Source: an uncultured Staphylococcaceae bacterium (GTDB lineage Bacteria; Bacillota_I; Bacilli_A; RFN20; CAG-826). From it: DNA of 42,828 nt. The stretch spans positions 1-42,828 of the forward strand of contig CAZDPH010000002.1 in NCBI GenBank assembly GCA_964507285.1, written 5' to 3'. The notes below the pieces were generated by a model. The model made no database searches. It was given only the letters and a program-made list of their open reading frames with translations, and was not told the origin of the DNA. Of the stretch, positions 34,085 to 42,828 are shown one piece after another. A program made the translations under genes and the position numbers. The stretch's first letter is position 1; each line of letters starts with the position of its first letter.

Positions 34085-34121
34085 ATTATTTATTTTAACA
34101 AAATTAAATAAATAATTGTAG

Positions 34122-35387
34122 TTAAAGCATTAATTTAGAACTAAACTTTTCATTAATAAATTCATTAATTGAATAAATAGGTAGCACTTTAAATAATATA
34201 TAGCTTATTGAAATAGATATAATTAAAGGAGGAAGTAAAATAATAGGATTTCCAAAAGAAAATATTAAAGATGCTCCTACAAATAATTCTTTAAAAGTAA
34301 AAGAATAAAATAAGCATCCTGAAATTATTGAAATTACAATAAGTTCATCATTACTTAAAGGATAAATATAATTATTAATACATTCTGCTATTAATTTACC
34401 AAGCAAAAATCCTAATGTAACACTAGGAATAACTATTCCACCTTTAAATTTAGAAGTAAATGATAAAATTAAAAATATAAATCTAATTAAAAAATAAATT
34501 AATAAACTAGATAAAGAAGTAATAGTTAAAATATTATTAATAATACTAGATCCGCTTCCCTTTAAAGCAGGATAATATATTTTTAAAATAATTGCTAATA
34601 CTAAAATAACAAAAGGATAAATAAAATAACTAAATATTTTATGTTTATTAACTATTTTATTTATTCTTTTACAAATTCTTTTAAAAATAAAAGAAAAAAT
34701 AAAAATAATAAATGGTAATATTAAAAAGATAAGTGAAACAGGAGTAGTAATTTTATTATCTAAATCAAAATATAAAAAATAATGAAAATCTTTTTTTAAT
34801 AAAGATAATAAAATATAAGAAAGAACAAGTGAATAAATAACTCTTAAATATTCTCTTATTGATTTAGATAAATTTTCATTATATTTATGATATTTTAAAA
34901 GACCTGCTATTGGATTTAAAAATGCTAAAGAAAATCCAATTGCACCACCTAAATTAGTTAATTTAATTTCTTCTTCATCCTTAGATGCAATTCTACCTAC
35001 TACAAGCCCTATAATAGATCCAATTAATACACTAGGACCTTCTTCTCCTAAAGCAAGACCAATAAAAAAAGATATTAAACAAGTTATAAAAATTACTAAT
35101 ATTTTAAATAATAAAAATCTTTTTTTATTTTTTTTATTTCTTAAGCTTAAAGAAGATAAATTATCTTCTTTCTTATCATAAAAAAAGACAATAGATAATT
35201 CAAATATACCTAAAACTAATACTAAAATTGAATATAATGATATTTCTAAAATATTATTTGTACTAAATAAATTATTTAAAGAATTAACATAATGTGATAA
35301 TAATTGAAAAAGATATATTACTAAAGTAATAACTACTAAAACTATCGTATCTTTTAATATTTGAATTAAATCTTTTTTAAAACACAT
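34122..35387 (-). CDS. ClC-family chloride channel/H+-Cl- antiporter homologue
   Basis: 421 aa polytopic. Selectivity-filter motifs GEEGPSV (GxEGP) and GGIVIPS (GxFxP-like). Confidence 0.8.
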   Translation of the reverse strand: MCFKKDLIQILKDTIVLVVITLVIYLFQLLSHYVNSLNNLFSTNNILEISLYSILVLVLGIFELSIVFFYDKKEDNLSSLSLRNKKNKKRFLLFKILVIFITCLISFFIGLALGEEGPSVLIGSIIGLVVGRIASKDEEEIKLTNLGGAIGFSLAFLNPIAGLLKYHKYNENLSKSIREYLRVIYSLVLSYILLSLLKKDFHYFLYFDLDNKITTPVSLIFLILPFIIFIFSFIFKRICKRINKIVNKHKIFSYFIYPFVILVLAIILKIYYPALKGSGSSIINNILTITSLSSLLIYFLIRFIFLILSFTSKFKGGIVIPSVTLGFLLGKLIAECINNYIYPLSNDELIVISIISGCLFYSFTFKELFVGASLIFSFGNPIILLPPLIISISISYILFKVLPIYSINEFINEKFSSKLML

Positions 35388-35426
35388 AAAAATATTTTAT
35401 TCTTTTTAACTATATAATTAAATTAA

Positions 35427-35459
35427 AAAAGAAGGAAAAATTATTTTTTTCCTTCTTTT
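35427..35459 (-). terminator. Rho-independent terminator of the atp operon, overlapping the atpC stop
   Basis: aaaagaaggaaaaa-ttat-tttttccttctttt: long A/T-G/C stem with a T-run on the minus strand after the stem. Confidence 0.6.
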
Positions 35460-35857
35460 AAATTGATATTATTAATTGTTTTTTTGAGTTCTCTTTCAAC
35501 ATTTTTATGTTCACTAGTAGATAAATTATTTTCTAATTTCTCTTCTAGATACTTTTTATTCTTTTTAGCAATTTCTAAATCAATACTACTAGCAGAATTA
35601 ATTGATCCTACAATTAATTTAACTTCATTTAAAGAAGCAATAACATGAATTGCTCCTCCTCCAATTGAATATTCTTCAATTGTCTCATCTAAATTAATTA
35701 TTTTAATAATAGAAATTTCAAGATTTGCTAAATACTCACTATGAAAAGAGAGAATTTCTATTTCTCCTTCTTCACTTTTACAAGATATTGAATATATTTC
35801 TTTCTCTAAATAAATTCCACTTGGTGTTAAAATAACTAATTTTAAATTATTATTCAT
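35441..35857 (-). CDS. atpC: F1 ATP synthase epsilon subunit
   Basis: 138 aa. N-terminal beta-sandwich (LKLVILTPSG...) plus C-terminal helical hairpin. Position is directly after atpD. Confidence 0.85.
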   Translation of the reverse strand: MNNNLKLVILTPSGIYLEKEIYSISCKSEEGEIEILSFHSEYLANLEISIIKIINLDETIEEYSIGGGAIHVIASLNEVKLIVGSINSASSIDLEIAKKNKKYLEEKLENNLSTSEHKNVERELKKTINNINLKEGKK

Positions 35858-35858
35858 A

Positions 35859-38187
<2,329 letters not shown>

Positions 38188-38190
38188 ATA

Positions 38191-39717
38191 TTAATTTTCT
38201 TCTTTTTCTAAATAATGTATTTTAATTGTACTTAAAATAGATTTAATTCTATCTTTAATTTTTTCATCAAATATACCTTCTTTTTCTATTTTAATAGATA
38301 AATCAGGCATTTCTGTTTGAATTGCGTTATCTAAGACCTTTAAACATTCATGAATATCATTAACATCTAAATCGTCAAGTAATCCTTCTTGAGCAACATA
38401 AATATCAATAACTTCTTGAGTTAAACTTAAAGGCATATATTGTTTTTGTTTTAAAACATCAAGTAAAACTGCTCCATGTCTTAAAATATTTTTAGTAGTA
38501 TCATCTAAATCACTTCCGAATCTAGAGAAATCTAACATTTCATTATAATTTGCAAGTGCCATTCTTAAATTAGAAGATACTTTTTTCATAACTTTAGTTT
38601 GTGCACTGCTACCAACTCTACTAACTGATAAACTAGAATCAATTGCAGGTCTTTGACCACTATTAAATAATTCGCTATTTAAAAATAATTGTCCATCAGT
38701 AATAGAAATAATATTTGTAGGAATATAATCACTAATATCACCTGCTTGAGTTTCAACAATAGGTAAAGAAGTAATACTTCCTCCACCTAATTCTTTTGAT
38801 AATTTACAACTTCTTTCTAATAATCTTGAATGTAAGTAGAAAATATCACCAGGGTAAGCTTCTCTTCCTGGGCTTCTTCTTAAAAGTAATGATAATGTTC
38901 TATATGCAACTGCGTGTTTTGATAAATCATCATAAACTACTAAAACATCTTTTCCTTGATACATCCAATATTCTGCTAAACTAGTAGCAGCATAAGGAGC
39001 AAGATAAAGCATAGGAGCAGGTTCACTTGCACTAGCACTAACAATAACTGTATATTTTAAAGCATCATGAATTTTAAGTTTATTAACAATTTGAGCAATT
39101 GTAGAATTTTTTTGACCAATTCCACAATAAACACAAATAACATCTTTTCCTTTTTGATTTAAAATAGTATCAATAGCAATTGCAGTTTTACCTGTTTGTC
39201 TATCTCCAATAATTAATTCTCTTTGACCTTTTCCAATCGGAATCATAGAATCAATAGCTTTTATACCAGTTTCTAAAGGAGTATTGACACTTTCTCTATC
39301 CATAATTTCAGGAGCATTCATTTCTAATGGACGAGTTTCACTAGTAATAATTTCACCCTTTCCATCAATTGGTTCTCCTAAAGTATTAACAACTCTTCCA
39401 AGCATATTATCACCTACTGGAATAGAAACAACTTTTGATGTTCTTTTTGCAATATCCCCTTCTTTAATAGGAGTAGATGACGAAAATAATGCACAATCAA
39501 TTGAATCTTCATTGATATTCATGACCATTCCAAAATTATTATTAGGAAATTCAATCATTTCTCCATACATTGCTTCATCTAATCCATAGACACTTGCAAT
39601 ACAATCTCCTACAGAAATAACTTGACCAACGTTAGTAGCATTTACATTATTACTAGTTTTACTAATTTCATCTTTAATAATTTGAGATAAAGAATTTAAG
39701 TTTTTGATATTTTCCAT
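38191..39717 (-). CDS. atpA: F1 ATP synthase alpha subunit
   Basis: Walker A GDRQTGKT, full colinearity. Start moved to MENIKNL (ATG 39717) with AAGGAGAG upstream. Confidence 0.95.
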   Translation of the reverse strand: MENIKNLNSLSQIIKDEISKTSNNVNATNVGQVISVGDCIASVYGLDEAMYGEMIEFPNNNFGMVMNINEDSIDCALFSSSTPIKEGDIAKRTSKVVSIPVGDNMLGRVVNTLGEPIDGKGEIITSETRPLEMNAPEIMDRESVNTPLETGIKAIDSMIPIGKGQRELIIGDRQTGKTAIAIDTILNQKGKDVICVYCGIGQKNSTIAQIVNKLKIHDALKYTVIVSASASEPAPMLYLAPYAATSLAEYWMYQGKDVLVVYDDLSKHAVAYRTLSLLLRRSPGREAYPGDIFYLHSRLLERSCKLSKELGGGSITSLPIVETQAGDISDYIPTNIISITDGQLFLNSELFNSGQRPAIDSSLSVSRVGSSAQTKVMKKVSSNLRMALANYNEMLDFSRFGSDLDDTTKNILRHGAVLLDVLKQKQYMPLSLTQEVIDIYVAQEGLLDDLDVNDIHECLKVLDNAIQTEMPDLSIKIEKEGIFDEKIKDRIKSILSTIKIHYLEKEEN

Positions 39718-39727
39718 AATTCTCTCC

Positions 39728-40273
39728 TTATTTAATATTTTTAACAAGTTTATCTTTTACATCATTTAATTTAGATTCAATTGAGTAATCATAAACTTTA
39801 TCTTTAATAAATACTTTAATTCCACAAATTAAAGTAGTATCTATTTTTAAATTTAATATTATTTTTTTATTTAAAATAGATGAGAATATATCTTCCATTT
39901 TAGAAATTCTTTCTTTATCAATTTCAAAAGGAGAATAAATTGTACCTTCTACTATATTTTTAGATTCGTTAGCTAATCGATCATAGTTTTTTCTAATATC
40001 TTCAATATATTCTATAAAATTTCTTTCAAGTAACATTTTAATAAAATGTAAAATCTCATTAGATAATATATCTTTAAATAAATCATCTAATGTATTACAT
40101 TTATCTTTATAATCATTAAATGTACTTTTAAGGTAATCAAAAAGTTCTGGATTTTTATTTAAATTCCATATAAAAAACTTTAATTCTGCTTGAATTAAAT
40201 CTACTTTATTAATTTCTAAAGCACCATCATATAATCCTTCAGCAATTTTTAAAATTAAAGTATTATTATTCAT
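39728..40273 (-). CDS. atpH: F1 ATP synthase delta (OSCP) subunit
   Basis: 181 aa, helical N-domain. Call rests on its position between atpF and atpA and its size. Sequence is divergent. Confidence 0.75.
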   Translation of the reverse strand: MNNNTLILKIAEGLYDGALEINKVDLIQAELKFFIWNLNKNPELFDYLKSTFNDYKDKCNTLDDLFKDILSNEILHFIKMLLERNFIEYIEDIRKNYDRLANESKNIVEGTIYSPFEIDKERISKMEDIFSSILNKKIILNLKIDTTLICGIKVFIKDKVYDYSIESKLNDVKDKLVKNIK

Positions 40274-40874
40274 CTTTTTTCTTTGCCTCTTTAGTTAATT
40301 CATCAATAAAATCATCTACAAAACGATTATTATCATCAACATTAACATCTCTTTTTAACATTTCTTTGCTTGTTAAAATAGCAGCTTCAATAATATCAGC
40401 TTTAGCGTCTTTTAAAGTTTTATTTCTTTCAGCTTCAATATCTTTATGTGCTTGAGTTTTTTGCTTTTCAATAGAAACTTGAACTTCTTTTTGAGATTCT
40501 AAAGAATATTCTTCTGCAGTTTTTTGAGCAGTTTGAATAATTTTTGAAGCATTCTTTTTACTTTCATCAATATAAGCAGCACTTTTTCTTAAGTTTTCTT
40601 CTGCTTCTTTTTTATATTCTTCACTATCTTTAATATTTTTTTCAATGTATACACTTCTTTCATTTAATTTTTTCTTTAAAGGTTTATATGCTAAAAAGAA
40701 AATAACTAAGAAAGTAATGATAAATAAAGCAAGTTGAAGAAGAGTATACCATAAATTAGGTAACATATTATTTACAGTAGTAGAAATTCTTTCTCCAATT
40801 TCTTCAGTATCACAACTTGTTAATGATAAAAGACCTACAAAAGATAATGAAGTTATTAATAACTTCTTTTTCAT
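40266..40874 (-). CDS. atpF: Fo ATP synthase b subunit, with N-terminal lipoprotein signal peptide
   Basis: 202 aa. MKKKLLITSLSFVGLLSLTSC (lipobox LTSC), then the TM helix LLQLALFIITFLVIFFLAY, then a long charged coiled coil typical of subunit b. Confidence 0.85.
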   Translation of the reverse strand: MKKKLLITSLSFVGLLSLTSCDTEEIGERISTTVNNMLPNLWYTLLQLALFIITFLVIFFLAYKPLKKKLNERSVYIEKNIKDSEEYKKEAEENLRKSAAYIDESKKNASKIIQTAQKTAEEYSLESQKEVQVSIEKQKTQAHKDIEAERNKTLKDAKADIIEAAILTSKEMLKRDVNVDDNNRFVDDFIDELTKEAKKKDE

Positions 40875-40879
40875 ATTTC

Positions 40880-41098
40880 TTAAGCAGCAACAACGAATGC
40901 CATTAAAATAGCAACAACTAAGATGTAAATAGCAACTGATTCAATTAAGCCTAAACCAATAATCATAGTTGTTCTAACATCTTTTGAACATGATGGGTTT
41001 CTTCCAATTGCTTCCATAGCTTTAGAGACTGATAAACCTTCTCCAATAGCAGCAAGACCCATACCAATACATGCAATACCTAATCCAATAAAATTCAT
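40880..41098 (-). CDS. atpE: Fo ATP synthase c subunit
   Basis: 72 aa helical hairpin. GRNP loop, ion-binding carboxylate in GLIESVAIY. Confidence 0.9.
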   Translation of the reverse strand: MNFIGLGIACIGMGLAAIGEGLSVSKAMEAIGRNPSCSKDVRTTMIIGLGLIESVAIYILVVAILMAFVVAA

Positions 41099-41140
41099 AT
41101 ATAATTCTCCTTTTTTAATATATTTTAAATTAAGTTAAAC

Positions 41141-41965
41141 TTAATTTTTTATCTTTTTATGTTTTAATTTTCTTTTTAATTTCTTTTCTTTTTTCTCATT
41201 TACCATATTTTCATATGCTTCAATAGACACATATTCATTTGATACATTAATCATTGTAAGTATTGTAAATACTGCAAGTTGAATTAATCCATCAAATATA
41301 TCAAAATAAAGATGTGCAACAGGTGCTAAAACAGGAACAATTGCAAGTCCTGCCATATTTCCTGGAATTATTGTACCAATACCTACATAAATTAAAGTAA
41401 TAATACAATAGCCTGCTAAAGCATTACCAAATAAACGTAAGGTTAAAGATAAAACACTACTCCACATTGTTACTAAGTTAATTGGTAAAAACATTGGGAA
41501 TGGTTCTAAATATCTTTCAAAATAAAATTTCTTTTTATATTTAATCGCTGTAAAGTGAGTTAATACAAAAGTAATAATAGCAAGCGATAATGGCATTGCA
41601 AGATTAGTAAATGGATTAGGAAGTGGTTTTAAAAATTCTTCAGATCCAGGTTGGAATACATTAGGAATTCCTATCATTCCTACTATAAATCCAATAATAA
41701 TATATAATCCTACACATAAGATATATCCTGCAAAATTAGGAAAAGCATTTCCCATAATGCTCGATACTTGTTTATCTGTAAATTCATAAACAACTTCACA
41801 AATATGTATAAATCCTTTAGGTTTTTTTAAAGGATCATAATTCTTTAACTTAATTTTAATAATAACTGCAATAATAATAACAATTAACATTGTAAGCCAA
41901 GAAGAAAGAAATTCAGGAGGAATTTCATTCCAAGAATAAAATTTTAACATCTTAGAAAAATCCAT
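41141..41965 (-). CDS. atpB: Fo ATP synthase a subunit
   Basis: 274 aa polytopic. Essential Arg motif LSLTLRLFGNALAG. Confidence 0.9.
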   Translation of the reverse strand: MDFSKMLKFYSWNEIPPEFLSSWLTMLIVIIIAVIIKIKLKNYDPLKKPKGFIHICEVVYEFTDKQVSSIMGNAFPNFAGYILCVGLYIIIGFIVGMIGIPNVFQPGSEEFLKPLPNPFTNLAMPLSLAIITFVLTHFTAIKYKKKFYFERYLEPFPMFLPINLVTMWSSVLSLTLRLFGNALAGYCIITLIYVGIGTIIPGNMAGLAIVPVLAPVAHLYFDIFDGLIQLAVFTILTMINVSNEYVSIEAYENMVNEKKEKKLKRKLKHKKIKN

Positions 41966-41969
41966 ATTC

Positions 41970-42359
41970 TTACCTCAAAACATTTCCAAATAAATATCCT
42001 ACTAATAATAAAGTAGGTGAAATAAATATATAATAAATATTAGGTTTACTCATATTATTTGTTAAATACATAAAAAGAATAGTTAATCCAACTGCTAAAA
42101 TAATTGAAATAAATCTAATTAAAGTAGATATTACCATTCCCTTTTTATAAGTATCAGTATTTTCAAAAGCATGATATACAAATACTAATGCAAAATAAAT
42201 TAAAAAAGAAAAAATAAAATTAATTCCAAAAATAGATAATGGAATATATGTATTTAAAGTAAAATATAATGTTAATCCAATTATTAATAAAATTAATAAA
42301 AAAATTGAATATCCAATAATACCTTTTTTATAATGAATAAACTTAAAATCAAATTTCAT
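41970..42359 (-). CDS. atpI: AtpI-like small membrane protein (first gene of the atp operon)
   Basis: 129 aa, 4 hydrophobic spans. Call is by position immediately upstream of atpB. No sequence motif recognised. Confidence 0.55.
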   Translation of the reverse strand: MKFDFKFIHYKKGIIGYSIFLLILLIIGLTLYFTLNTYIPLSIFGINFIFSFLIYFALVFVYHAFENTDTYKKGMVISTLIRFISIILAVGLTILFMYLTNNMSKPNIYYIFISPTLLLVGYLFGNVLR

Positions 42360-42459
42360 AACATATATTTTACTTTTTTAATTTCTATATTCAATAAGAA
42401 AGCACTTACAAATTAAAAAAATATAATATTTTATTTAAGTATATATTTATAATATATCT

Positions 42460-42828
42460 ATGAATATTTTAATTACTGCTTTTGAACCTTTTGGAAATAG
42501 AAATATTAATAATTCTTTATTAGTATTAAATGATTTAATTTTTTCTGACTATAAAGTTACAAAAATTAAATTACCTGTTGTATTTTTAGAATCTTTTATT
42601 CCTTTAAAAGATGAATTAAATAATAACAATTTTGATTATATCTTTTTACTTGGAGAAGCTCCATATGATAAAGATTTTACATTAGAATTAGAAGCACATA
42701 ATATTATGAATTCTAAAAGTAAAGATAATAAAGGTAACATAAAAATAAATGAATCAATCTATTTAAATGAAGAATACACATTAACTACTAAATTTAATAT
42801 AAATAATTTAAATAATATTAAAAATAAA
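42460..42828 (+). CDS. pcp: Pyrrolidone-carboxylate (pyroglutamyl) peptidase I, N-terminal 123 codons; runs off the window
   Basis: Own translation: MNILITAFEPFGNRNINNSLLVLNDL...YIFLLGEAPYDKDFTLELEAHNI. This matches the Pcp N-terminus (VLVTGFEPFGGE.INPS...GQAGGR..ERVAIN). Open-ended, so absent from the ORF track. Confidence 0.85.
   Translation, partial: MNILITAFEPFGNRNINNSLLVLNDLIFSDYKVTKIKLPVVFLESFIPLKDELNNNNFDYIFLLGEAPYDKDFTLELEAHNIMNSKSKDNKGNIKINESIYLNEEYTLTTKFNINNLNNIKNK

Noticed and set aside
24750-35387. Apparent compositional shift as evidence of horizontal transfer: the proteins encoded here look even more N/K/I-rich than those of the pectin and atp regions
   Set aside because: I cannot compute GC content or codon statistics reliably by eye. 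The difference is equally well explained by weaker constraint on less conserved proteins. No flanking tRNA, integrase or repeats are present.

Overview
Very AT-rich, gene-dense chromosomal window with about 40 CDS, all but three on the minus strand. No rRNA, tRNA, CRISPR array, transposase, integrase or phage gene was seen. The standard genetic code appears to be used: conserved Trp positions are TGG (for example WNTMP in KduI), TGA is used as a stop (7490..7492), and every homology-supported ORF is intact. The many lipobox lipoproteins, including a lipobox-bearing AtpF, point to an Acholeplasma-like Mollicute or Erysipelotrichia-type low-GC Firmicute; this taxonomy is inference only.

Positions 1..24593 are a pectin/oligogalacturonide utilisation regulon.
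- Catabolic genes: kduI-kdgK-kdgA, uxaC and uxaA. uxaB is present only as a fusion to an ABC ATPase.
- Pectin-active enzymes, none with a signal peptide: CE8 pectinesterase, CE12 acetylesterase, GH105 and GH28.
- Regulators: a GntR/FCD protein and a short PucR-like protein.
- Transport: an LplABC/YtcQP-type ABC importer whose operon is interleaved with five unrecognisable polytopic membrane proteins.
- hup and trpS are embedded in the regulon.

Positions 24750..35387 carry:
- a MATE transporter fused to an alpha/beta-hydrolase esterase
- a subtilisin-like protease followed by two paralogous small lipoproteins
- an EamA transporter
- a GH3 beta-glucosidase
- a membrane-anchored EEP-family enzyme
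- a ClC channel

Positions 35441..42359 hold a complete F1Fo ATP synthase operon (atpIBEFHAGDC), followed by a partial pcp gene.

Best candidates for something undescribed:
1. The in-frame MsmX-type ABC ATPase::tagaturonate reductase (UxaB) fusion.
2. The accessory membrane-protein set embedded in the importer operon.
3. The MATE::esterase fusion.
4. The S8 protease plus twin-lipoprotein cassette.

All family calls come from motif recognition by eye. No database search was run.
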